Position numbers and translations under genes: made by a program. A DNA stretch of 64,000 nt, taken from positions 1 through 64,000 of the IMG/VR virus record IMGVR_UViG_3300020471_000006; one strand, given 5' to 3'. Below the pieces are notes generated by a model that had not been told where the DNA came from, did not search any database, and worked only from the letters and a program-made list of their open reading frames with translations. Shown here piece after piece: positions 37,672 to 46,781 of this stretch (the stretch's first letter is position 1; each line of letters starts with the position of its first letter). This DNA is from a virus (Duplodnaviria > Caudoviricetes).

Positions 37672-38295
37672 ATGGCGAAAGTAGGTGCTAAGGGAGGAAT
37701 GTCCCTTACTACTTCGTATCGAATTAAATTTGCTAGAGCAGGTGGCACTAATGATGCGATCACAATGATGTGTGATGAAGCACAGTTACCTAACGTACAA
37801 GCTGCTACTGCACAGATGGCAGGTAGGTATCTTGGTGAAGGTCCGTTTCAGTATCCACACACTAGATTGTTTACTGATGTGTCTCTAGGATTCCTATGTG
37901 ATGCAGAGTTAACGCAGTTAAAGTATTTTCAAGTTTGGTATGATGAAATATTTGGTGCTAATAATCAACATTTTATAAAGGATGAGGCAACAGTTGAACA
38001 GATGCATGGTCAAGGAACACCTAATAGATTCAGAACAAATAGATTAAATTATCCAGCAAATTATACTGCTACCACATATATCACAAAGGTTGAACAAAGA
38101 GCAACAGATGTACCATCGATTACATATATGCTCGAAGGTTCTTATCCTTATGCTATTGATGCTGTTCCCTTGTCATATGGGTCATCTCAAATCACTAGAG
38201 TGAATGTTAATTTCCATTATGTTAGACACTCAATGATTTATAGCAATGGAATGGGTGGACTCACAGGAGCAGAGACACAGGTCTTTAACGACTGA
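37672..38295 (+). CDS. tail-tube-like baseplate protein (gp54/gp19 family)
   Basis: C....LP, AYP..I..V.LSY...V.F.Y. Confidence 0.7.
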   Translation: MAKVGAKGGMSLTTSYRIKFARAGGTNDAITMMCDEAQLPNVQAATAQMAGRYLGEGPFQYPHTRLFTDVSLGFLCDAELTQLKYFQVWYDEIFGANNQHFIKDEATVEQMHGQGTPNRFRTNRLNYPANYTATTYITKVEQRATDVPSITYMLEGSYPYAIDAVPLSYGSSQITRVNVNFHYVRHSMIYSNGMGGLTGAETQVFND

Positions 38296-38377
38296 TATAT
38301 ACCAGCAAATTCGGATTTTCAATTCCATGAAATCGGGAAAAAAATCTCCGCACATTTTTCTCTGAAAAAGTCGTATA

Positions 38378-38385
38378 TATAAATA
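38378..38385 (+). promoter_or_regulatory. T4-type late promoter
   Basis: Exact TATAAATA 20 nt before gp26. Confidence 0.75.
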
Positions 38386-38405
38386 TACGACTTGAATTAG
38401 TTTTT

Positions 38406-39119
38406 ATGGCATTACCGAAAGTTGGGTATCCCACCTACGAATTAGAATTACCTTCAAATGGCAAAACAGTCAAATATCGACCATTTTTGGTAAAAGAAGA
38501 AAAAGTACTTTTGCTGGCTTTAGAGTCAGAAGACGAAAAACAGGTTACATCTGCTGTTAAGGATTTAATCAAAAATTGCGTTCTTTCAAGAATTAAGGTA
38601 GAAACACTACCATTGTTTGATTTGGAATATCTGTTTTTGAGGATTCGTGGTGCTTCTATTGGAGAAACCATTACTTTGACTGTAACTTGTCTTGATGATA
38701 ATAAGACAAAAGCAGAAGCACATATCAATATTGATGATATTAAGGTTTTTAAGCCAGAAGGTCATTCTAACAAAATTGCGTTAACTGACGAAATGGGTAT
38801 TGTTATGAAATATCCAAGTATGCAGAGATTCATCGAATTAGACTTTTTACAGAAAGAATTGAATACTGAGGAAGTTTTTGAATTAATCGCAGAAAGTATA
38901 GATCAGATATATGATGGTGAAGACGTATTTGACTCAACTACCACTACAAAGAAGGAATTCCGCACATTTGTAGATACTTTGACTACTAAACAATTTGAGT
39001 CAATTCAACAATTTTATCAAACTTCGCCTAAATTGAGTCATACCTTCACAGTGGTAAACCCTAATACTGGAGTGGATTCGGAATATACAATTGAGGGTCT
39101 ACAGAGTTTTTTCGCATAG
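38406..39119 (+). CDS. gp26: baseplate hub assembly protein gp26
   Basis: MALPK...YRPFLVKEEK.LL, DLEYLFL.IR..S.GE, GLQSFF. Confidence 0.9.
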   Translation: MALPKVGYPTYELELPSNGKTVKYRPFLVKEEKVLLLALESEDEKQVTSAVKDLIKNCVLSRIKVETLPLFDLEYLFLRIRGASIGETITLTVTCLDDNKTKAEAHINIDDIKVFKPEGHSNKIALTDEMGIVMKYPSMQRFIELDFLQKELNTEEVFELIAESIDQIYDGEDVFDSTTTTKKEFRTFVDTLTTKQFESIQQFYQTSPKLSHTFTVVNPNTGVDSEYTIEGLQSFFA

Positions 39120-39136
39120 CACTCTTCCACAATAGT

Positions 39137-39301
39137 TTGGAAGGGTACTATAGAATGAATTTTGCTCTGATGCAGTACCATAAATACAGTTTGACGGAAG
39201 TAGAAAATTGGATGCCTTGGGAACGTGAAGTTTATGTAGCGTTTTTGATGCAATATTTAGAAGAAGTCAAACAAAAGCAACAACAAGCACAGAATGGCTA
39301 G
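39137..39301 (+). CDS. gp51: gp51-like hub assembly protein, possibly made as a -1 frameshift fusion to gp26
   Basis: NFALMQYHKYSLTEVENWMPWERE; frame open from the TTTTTTC at 39107. Confidence 0.75.
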   Translation: MEGYYRMNFALMQYHKYSLTEVENWMPWEREVYVAFLMQYLEEVKQKQQQAQNG

Positions 39302-42300
39302 GTACTCTTCAACATATAGTGGTGATATGACCTCCTTTATCGGGGGTAAGATTGCTAGTGCTGCTGGTATGGCAAGAGATGAGGCAGACGCACAAGAGAA
39401 AGATAAACAAGCTGGTCTGAATGTTGCAAATAGTGGTAATTTATTCATTAAAGCATTAGGAAGTGAATTTGGTGGAGATTTATTTGCTAGGACAATAGGT
39501 GTTTTTAATCCAAAGCAATCTGCTGCACAAACTGATAGAGCTTCTAGTAAAGCAAAAAGATTTGCTGCAAATTTTCCCAGAACAGAAAAGAAGGAAGACC
39601 AAGACATAAAAAAGTCTAGTAGAGAAGTTGATCGTGCTAAGGATGAACTTTTAAGAGATGATGATCACATACCAGTAAAAGACGAAAAACTAAGGGATTA
39701 TGTCACTCGTGTCTTTGGTGTTGGTATAGATTCAAAATTAACACAAGTAGATGCTAGAGTATCTAAGGGTTTAGGTGTATTATCTGATATAAGACAATCA
39801 CATGAGACTAATATCAATCTCATGGTTGATCATAATGAGTTAATTGCAAGTAAACTTGATAAAATATTGGAATTGTATAGTGAACAATATCAATATCAGA
39901 AAGGGTTAAAAGATAAAGCAGAAGCAAGTAGGACGGAGAATGAGTTAGAAAGGAGAAAGGATTTATCGATAACTAGACGTTATGGTGCTCTTGATCCAAT
40001 GGGAGGAATGGGTGGAATGCTTTTTGGTGGGTTAACTGATAACCTTGTCAAAAGGTTAGTAAAACGTTTACTCGATAAGGCTAGAAAATCTAAACTTTTA
40101 ACTAAATCCCAAGCTAGTCTACTAGAGACAATTTTAACAAAATCATCTACTAGAGCAGCTACTGGTGCAACTGCAACTGCTGTTTTAAGAAAAGCAAGGA
40201 AAGATCTAGCATTAGAGTTTGCAACAGAACTAGCAGCAGAACGAGCTAGGACAAAGGCAATTGGTGAAAGTTTCTCAGCAGTAACTAGAAGTTCTGGAGC
40301 ACTAGACTCATTAGCATTAAAACCTAAAAAAGCAGTAAAAACTACTGCTCAAAATGCACTTAGGAAACTTAGTATAAAAGAATTAACACCGTTCCTTACG
40401 AAAGACTTTTTGGAAATGTTTCCAGGATCAACTCCATTAGATATGTTACAATCTATGGAAGGATTTTTGAAAATGGGTGGAGATTTTGGAGGTGGATCTG
40501 CTGGTGCTGATACAGTTATTAGACCTTTTAAGGAATCTGCTGTTGCAATGACTCAGAGTAGTAATCCAAAAATTGCAGATGCAGGTAGGGCTCTAATTAA
40601 TGAAATCCAACAGTTTGCTCCAGGTGCGATTTCTCTTGATGATTTAGTTATGGGTGCTGATGCTCTTAGAGTAAGTAAACCAGCTACTGAAGTATTAGGA
40701 GCTGGAACTCCTAAAATGGCGAAGGCATTATCAGGTTCTGTTGCTCAAACAGCAGGTAAGAAAATAGCAACTAAAACAGGTGCAAAAGCATTAGCAAAGA
40801 CTGGTAAGTTTGTACCTGGAGTTGGTACAATGATAGCTCTTGGAGAGGCAGGTTATAGATTGGGTGCAGGTGATACTACTGGTGCAATTTTAAGTTTATT
40901 GAGTGCTATACCTATTTTAGGATGGGGTGTTACTGCTCTTGATATTGGTAGAGATTTTGGATTCAATCCACTTGGGTTGCCACCTCCACCAGATCAAACC
41001 ATAAGTGCAGATCAGAGTAATCTTGGTGGTTATTATGAAGCTGGTACTTCTATGTTGACCGAACCAGGAGTTAAAGTACTACATGGTGATGAGAAAGTTC
41101 TTGGTGTGGATCCTGGAACTGGTATGACAACAGATCATATTCAAAATATTGGTGACAGCATAGTATCTGCTAGTGCTAAAATGGCACAGGATCTTGCTGT
41201 CAGTAGGGATGTCGCTAATTCAATTTCAAGTCTACCTTTTACTGTAAAGAGAGTAAATTATAGTAGTGGTATAAAGACTGGTCCAGTAAAATCTAGAAGT
41301 GATACACAAAGTATATTTGATGTACAAAGTGATATCAGTCAGTTTAAGAAAGAAGCTGAAACTGCTGTTGAAGATCCTAGAGAAGAGAAGGCTAATGAGG
41401 CGTTAGATCGAGAAGAAAAGCAAAATAGTCGTTGGTTCACTGACCCTAGAAGGCATCTTAATTTTGGTAATGGTGGTAATAGTTCTATATTATCAAATAG
41501 TCCTCTTTTAGCACAACAAGGAGATACAACTATACAATTTCATGGCAAACAAGGTAGAGATTTGTCTGGAGAACCAGGTGTTGATTTTAGTTATGGTGAT
41601 TATAGAAATAATTACAGTTTATTCGATGGTACAGTTATAGAAACAGGATTATTATATGGTAAAAATTATGGTAACGTAGTAGTAGTTAGAAGTACTGATC
41701 CTAGTTGCGGTAAGCAATTTGATGCTTTGTATGCACACTTCCCTGATGGTGGAATTTATGTTAAACCAGGAGATCGTGTGACAGGTGGTGCTATTCTTGG
41801 TAAGGTTGGGTTTGTGAGTGTAAGTAAGCCTGGAGTTCCAGAACTACAACCAAATAATGCTGGTAACATGTCAGGATGGCATACCAGTGTTGATTTCTTT
41901 GAACCTGATAGTGCTACACGTTATGCTAATGCAGATAAAATAATTAATTTAATTTTATCTTCTAATGGATTAAAACCTAATAATCTTCTACAAAAATTAG
42001 CAATTACACAAGTTGAGGCAATAGTTCCTAATTCAACAGATAGTATTGTTGAATATTATACTGGTGATCAGTCTCATCCAAATTGGGAACCATATTTACA
42101 TGATGGAGGAAACGAGCATGAACATTATGGATTTTCTTCTAAAGAAGAAAGGGATCGTGCAATGGCAATCCTAAGACAACATGGACTTATAGTTGATCCT
42201 GGTGGTGAACCTGGTGATCATACAGAAGGATCATTACATTATGAAGACAGAGCACTTGATGTTCAGTTTGGTCCTCATATGATAAGAGATGAACATCCAT

Positions 42301-42746
42301 GGAAATTATGGATTAAACAATTGATTGGTCAATCAGGAGATATTCAGTGGGAAGATTCTCCAGCAGGTGAAGAAGCGTTTGCTGAATATGTAAGACAAAT
42401 ATTGATTGACAATAACTTCACTGGTATAACTCAAGATGAAGTTGGTCCAGAATATTTTCAAGAACACGGTACTATTGACTCTGAGAGATTTAATGATTTA
42501 AGTGATCCTTTCTTAAATAAGAATCAAAAACTCTGGGAAATTCCTGATTATTTACATAAGAGAAATTTAGAATTACAGAATAATAGCATGCTTTTGGATG
42601 AAATGGAGACTGAAGCTGCGAATAAATTTCAAATTGTTCTGTTAAATAATACTGTAGTGAACCATAACGATACCGTTAAGAGGGAATTTCTCATTGGTCG
42701 TGGATTTAATATGGATTCGTTTAGGATGGCAAAACTAGCAGGATAA
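39294..42746 (+). CDS. gp29-like hub/tape-measure protein with M23 and M15-like peptidase domains
   Basis: Long helical region; YGNVVVV...YAH...V..G..V; H..GSLHY..RALD; position after gp26/51. Confidence 0.7.
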   Translation: MARYSSTYSGDMTSFIGGKIASAAGMARDEADAQEKDKQAGLNVANSGNLFIKALGSEFGGDLFARTIGVFNPKQSAAQTDRASSKAKRFAANFPRTEKKEDQDIKKSSREVDRAKDELLRDDDHIPVKDEKLRDYVTRVFGVGIDSKLTQVDARVSKGLGVLSDIRQSHETNINLMVDHNELIASKLDKILELYSEQYQYQKGLKDKAEASRTENELERRKDLSITRRYGALDPMGGMGGMLFGGLTDNLVKRLVKRLLDKARKSKLLTKSQASLLETILTKSSTRAATGATATAVLRKARKDLALEFATELAAERARTKAIGESFSAVTRSSGALDSLALKPKKAVKTTAQNALRKLSIKELTPFLTKDFLEMFPGSTPLDMLQSMEGFLKMGGDFGGGSAGADTVIRPFKESAVAMTQSSNPKIADAGRALINEIQQFAPGAISLDDLVMGADALRVSKPATEVLGAGTPKMAKALSGSVAQTAGKKIATKTGAKALAKTGKFVPGVGTMIALGEAGYRLGAGDTTGAILSLLSAIPILGWGVTALDIGRDFGFNPLGLPPPPDQTISADQSNLGGYYEAGTSMLTEPGVKVLHGDEKVLGVDPGTGMTTDHIQNIGDSIVSASAKMAQDLAVSRDVANSISSLPFTVKRVNYSSGIKTGPVKSRSDTQSIFDVQSDISQFKKEAETAVEDPREEKANEALDREEKQNSRWFTDPRRHLNFGNGGNSSILSNSPLLAQQGDTTIQFHGKQGRDLSGEPGVDFSYGDYRNNYSLFDGTVIETGLLYGKNYGNVVVVRSTDPSCGKQFDALYAHFPDGGIYVKPGDRVTGGAILGKVGFVSVSKPGVPELQPNNAGNMSGWHTSVDFFEPDSATRYANADKIINLILSSNGLKPNNLLQKLAITQVEAIVPNSTDSIVEYYTGDQSHPNWEPYLHDGGNEHEHYGFSSKEERDRAMAILRQHGLIVDPGGEPGDHTEGSLHYEDRALDVQFGPHMIRDEHPWKLWIKQLIGQSGDIQWEDSPAGEEAFAEYVRQILIDNNFTGITQDEVGPEYFQEHGTIDSERFNDLSDPFLNKNQKLWEIPDYLHKRNLELQNNSMLLDEMETEAANKFQIVLLNNTVVNHNDTVKREFLIGRGFNMDSFRMAKLAG

Positions 42747-42747
42747 T

Positions 42748-45108
42748 ATGGCGAGGTATAGTAGCACAGTTAGTGGAGATTTAACTTCATTTGTACTAGG
42801 GAATCTAATAGATGCTGCTAGTATGGGTAAGGTTGAGAAAGCTCGTGCTCTGAGAGGTGGAGAGATTTCTGGAATGAAACCAGAAGATCTGATGCTCCGT
42901 CCTGGTGAATTTACTGCTCAAGCATTGAAATATAAGATGACTCCTAGATGGGCAAGGAGTCGTAGTTTTGGTAATAGATATCCAGATTATTTTGCTAAAA
43001 ATTTAAAGGGACAGAGTACACCATTTGCTAGTCCTATAAATCCAGAACCAACATTTGCTTCCATAAAGGAAAAGATGGTAGGGAATCCATTTCCTTACAT
43101 TGCAGCTCCATACAGAGAGCATCAAGTACAACCACAGACACCATTACTATCATCTGGTACTAAGAGGTATGAAAGTACTGTTTCAGAGAAGGAGAAACCT
43201 GTAGAGGTCAAGGATGAAAAACTTGGTGTATTCTTTGCTGCTATTGCAGAATCTTTAAACAGGACAGTATCTTCTATTGGTCAGAAACAGAGTCAGATTG
43301 AAGGTGAGATCTCTAGTGCTCAACAATCCAATCTTGCTATTGCTTCTGCATTAGAATATAGTAATGATCATATAGGATCTAAGTTAGATGCTATTGCTGA
43401 ACTATTAAATCAGCAAATGCAACTTGCTAAACAACAAGTTGATCAGTCAGAAACTGATGCTTCTGTCAAAGAATTTAGAGAGGAGGATGATCTCTCTGGT
43501 ACTGAGAGGTATGTTGATGTTGGAGAAAAGACTGAACCAATCAGACGTGCTAATGAGTTAGAGAATAATCTTGATGTTGATAATGATGAAATAGAAGACT
43601 TTGAGAAGGGTGGTATAGCAAGTGGTCCTGATAGCGGATACTTAGCTAGATTACACGGTGATGAACTGATTGTTCCATTAGATAATAATTACACACAGGG
43701 TCAACCAAGTGCTGTTGATGGAAAAGTTCGTAGTGTACCACAATACGAGACAGGTACTGGTGGTTTAACTCCGAAGACTCTTCCAATACCACAAACTCCA
43801 CCAACATCATCTCCATCATTCAATTTCTTTGCAAAGAATCAGTCAGAGCATGCAGGGACACCTAATGTATTGAATCTTCCTAAGACTGACACTAACGTTG
43901 CTGGTGAAGATTTAATGAAGGCTATGAAGTTACCGTTTGAGGTTGCTTCTTTGGGTATAATGCAAGCTACTGGTAATGCTGTCAGATCAATGCCAGGATT
44001 TAGTGAAATGAAAGGAACTGTTAGTTCTGTTATCAGTCCTGTTGCTCAAGCATTTAGTATTAAAGATACCATTAGTGGTAAAGTTAATAATTTATTAGAA
44101 AGTAAGTCACAACAGACTGAACGTAGGAATACTGAGATATACAAGAGAGAACAGAGTGAGAACAGACGTGCATGGTGGGATATATTTGGACTGTTTAGAG
44201 GTGGCGGTGGTGGTGATCGTTATGGTATTGGAGGTCCAGGTCTAAGTGGTGCTTCTAATCTACAGAACTTATATCATGGAACCAGTAATGCTAGAGCAGC
44301 TAAGATATTCTCTGGTGGATTTAAACCTAGCAATGCTCTGAGTTGGGCTGGTAGAGGTAAGTCATTCCTAACACCAGATTTCTGGAATGCTGCTCAGTAT
44401 GCTAGACCTGGTGCTACTGGTTTGAATCCTTTCAGTGTTAAGGGTCTTCCTAACACTGGTTTTGGTAATATGATGGGTAATAGAGGTCAGGTATTAAATG
44501 TACTACAACCTAGAGGTGCTGGTCTTAGATTGCCTGGTTGGTTGAAGGGTTTAGGTTTATCACCAGAGGTTGCTGTTAAACCTAACCAAGCAACTAAAGG
44601 AATGAATCTAGCTCAGAGATTATTGAGTGGTAAATATCCTAATAGTCCAACTGCTAATATGGTTAGAGGAATGATGACATCACCAGCAGGAGGTAGGGGT
44701 CTTGGTATGATGAGTAAGTTGTCACCATTCCTTCAGGGTGGTATGAGACTTGGATCAAAAGCACTTGGTATTGCAAGTTTCCTTACTGATTTTATATTCC
44801 CAGATCCAACTGCTCAATATGATCAGATGCATGGTCCAAATGCATACTATAATGATCCTAGATTTACTGGTGAGAGACCAGAGTGGGCTCCTCCATTATC
44901 CAGTAACAAAGCAGATATTGTTGACTTAGGATCTAAAGAACATGCTATGAGTAAATTTGGTAAGAAAGATATTGATCCAGCAATGATTACCCTTAATAGT
45001 ATGAATAATGCCAATTATAATCAGCCAAATGAATCAATATCTCATATTGATAATATGGGTGACTCTCAGGTCGATCAATACCAATTCGTTTATTCAGCAT
45101 TTAAGTAA
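42748..45108 (+). CDS. second gp29-like paralog with ADP-ribosyltransferase-like domain
   Basis: Shares MARYSST.SGD.TSF, VKDEKL, SKLD.I.EL, LHGDE with the upstream gene; YHGT motif. Confidence 0.65.
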   Translation: MARYSSTVSGDLTSFVLGNLIDAASMGKVEKARALRGGEISGMKPEDLMLRPGEFTAQALKYKMTPRWARSRSFGNRYPDYFAKNLKGQSTPFASPINPEPTFASIKEKMVGNPFPYIAAPYREHQVQPQTPLLSSGTKRYESTVSEKEKPVEVKDEKLGVFFAAIAESLNRTVSSIGQKQSQIEGEISSAQQSNLAIASALEYSNDHIGSKLDAIAELLNQQMQLAKQQVDQSETDASVKEFREEDDLSGTERYVDVGEKTEPIRRANELENNLDVDNDEIEDFEKGGIASGPDSGYLARLHGDELIVPLDNNYTQGQPSAVDGKVRSVPQYETGTGGLTPKTLPIPQTPPTSSPSFNFFAKNQSEHAGTPNVLNLPKTDTNVAGEDLMKAMKLPFEVASLGIMQATGNAVRSMPGFSEMKGTVSSVISPVAQAFSIKDTISGKVNNLLESKSQQTERRNTEIYKREQSENRRAWWDIFGLFRGGGGGDRYGIGGPGLSGASNLQNLYHGTSNARAAKIFSGGFKPSNALSWAGRGKSFLTPDFWNAAQYARPGATGLNPFSVKGLPNTGFGNMMGNRGQVLNVLQPRGAGLRLPGWLKGLGLSPEVAVKPNQATKGMNLAQRLLSGKYPNSPTANMVRGMMTSPAGGRGLGMMSKLSPFLQGGMRLGSKALGIASFLTDFIFPDPTAQYDQMHGPNAYYNDPRFTGERPEWAPPLSSNKADIVDLGSKEHAMSKFGKKDIDPAMITLNSMNNANYNQPNESISHIDNMGDSQVDQYQFVYSAFK

Positions 45109-46538
45109 TGAAAGCAGAAGATTTTACAATAAAAACTATTGAAATTAGAAGAGTTGGTGAAGACCATGCAATAGAACCTTATGCTATCTTAACTGATGTT
45201 GTTCTTGGATTTCAATATTACGAGGATATAACTACACCATCAATATCTGCTACGTTATTCATATCTGATAAGGCAGCAAATCTCCCTGCTTCTATGCCTA
45301 TACAAGGATTTGAGTTGGTTACTATGGAACTCACTGATAGGAATGGTAAAGATCATCAGTATGAGTTTCGTGTATGGAAAGTTGGTAATAGAGTTTCTAC
45401 AGAAAAAGGTCAAGGATATATTTTAGGTTTGATAAGTACAGCAGGATTAATTAATGAGGGCGTTAAAGTAAATGCACTATTGAAAGGTACAGCAAATACA
45501 ATAGTCAAAAAAGTATTACAAGATTATCTTAATATACCTGAAGCTAAGGTTAGGAGTGATGAAGCAACTAACATAATGAAGATATTCCCTGCTGGTAAGT
45601 CTCCATTTGCGGTTATTAGAGATTTGCAAGCTAAAGCGATTTCTAAAGATTCATTTGCTGCTAGTGGTAATAGTGCTACATCATCTATAGACATTGATGC
45701 TAGTGATTCAGTTACTGCAAGTTCTGATACAGCAGAAGATACTAAACAACTTAAGGGTAGTGCTGGATATTTCTTTTGGGAAACCGTAGATGGATTTAAT
45801 TTTAAAAGTATAGATTCAATGGCATCAAAAGATCCAAAGAAATTTGGTGGTAGTGAGCCTGTTGCAACATATGAATTTGCTCCAGCAATGATAGAACAAA
45901 CAGAAGCAATGGATCCATACAAGATACAAGAAGTCACCTTTGTATCTGAATTGGATATATTGAAAAAATTAAGAGAGGGTGCATACTCTGCCGAATGTAC
46001 GTTTTTCGACATAAATACTGGTGTTCTTACGGAGTATACCTATAAATTAAGTGAAAACTGGGACAAAATGGGTCATCTAGGTACTGCAACAAAGTTACCT
46101 TGGGGTCAAGAACAATTATCCCAGTATCCAACTAGACGATTATCCTCTGTCATTAACCACGAATTGTGGCATAATGGCACTGAAATTGCGTCAAATGAGT
46201 CTGAGGCAGATAGTGATGAACCAAGTGAAGTTACCGATAACCAGAAGCAATTTCTGGTACAATCTATAGCACGTGCTGGTTCATTGTTCAACCAGCGATT
46301 GATGATTTCGATTCCAGGTAACTTAGATCTCAGAGCAGGTCAAAAGATCACAGTTATGATACCAAACCAAATACCTGAAAAGGACAGGGAAGATCAAGGG
46401 GATTTCGACCCCGAACATAGCGGTGTGTATTTGATCAAAAAACTCAATCATCAATTTGACAGAATGAAGATGAGCGTTTATACTGTATTGGAACTTATTC
46501 GTGACTGTTATGGTTACGAAGACACAGCCACTAAGTAA
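45108..46538 (+). CDS. baseplate hub protein (gp27-like)
   Basis: YEDI..P, FFWET.DGFNFKS, I.GN..L.AG, SG.YLI..L.H. Confidence 0.75.
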   Translation: MKAEDFTIKTIEIRRVGEDHAIEPYAILTDVVLGFQYYEDITTPSISATLFISDKAANLPASMPIQGFELVTMELTDRNGKDHQYEFRVWKVGNRVSTEKGQGYILGLISTAGLINEGVKVNALLKGTANTIVKKVLQDYLNIPEAKVRSDEATNIMKIFPAGKSPFAVIRDLQAKAISKDSFAASGNSATSSIDIDASDSVTASSDTAEDTKQLKGSAGYFFWETVDGFNFKSIDSMASKDPKKFGGSEPVATYEFAPAMIEQTEAMDPYKIQEVTFVSELDILKKLREGAYSAECTFFDINTGVLTEYTYKLSENWDKMGHLGTATKLPWGQEQLSQYPTRRLSSVINHELWHNGTEIASNESEADSDEPSEVTDNQKQFLVQSIARAGSLFNQRLMISIPGNLDLRAGQKITVMIPNQIPEKDREDQGDFDPEHSGVYLIKKLNHQFDRMKMSVYTVLELIRDCYGYEDTATK

Positions 46539-46551
46539 AAGGTAAATTCAT

Positions 46552-46779
46552 ATGAAAAGTATAGAAGACCATATTAAAAAAGATCAGGAGATCTTACAAG
46601 ATCCTCAGACAAATCCTCAAATGCGTAGGCATGTTGAAGGTGAATTGCATGATCTAGAAGATTATGTTTCTCACCATGCAGCAGAGATAGCAGCAGGAGA
46701 TCACCATGACCCTAATACCATAGAACTATGGTGTGACCAGCATCCAGACGAGCCAGAGTGCTTAATTTATGACGACTAA
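46552..46779 (+). CDS. cp12: CP12 Calvin-cycle inhibitor (phage type)
   Basis: C-terminal ELWCDQHPDEPECLIYDD. Confidence 0.93.
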   Translation: MKSIEDHIKKDQEILQDPQTNPQMRRHVEGELHDLEDYVSHHAAEIAAGDHHDPNTIELWCDQHPDEPECLIYDD

Positions 46780-46781
46780 AC

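Noticed and set aside
37564-37763. Long overlap of divergent ORFs given by the track
   Set aside because: Starts at 37622 (minus) and 37672 (plus) remove the overlap and match family N-termini.
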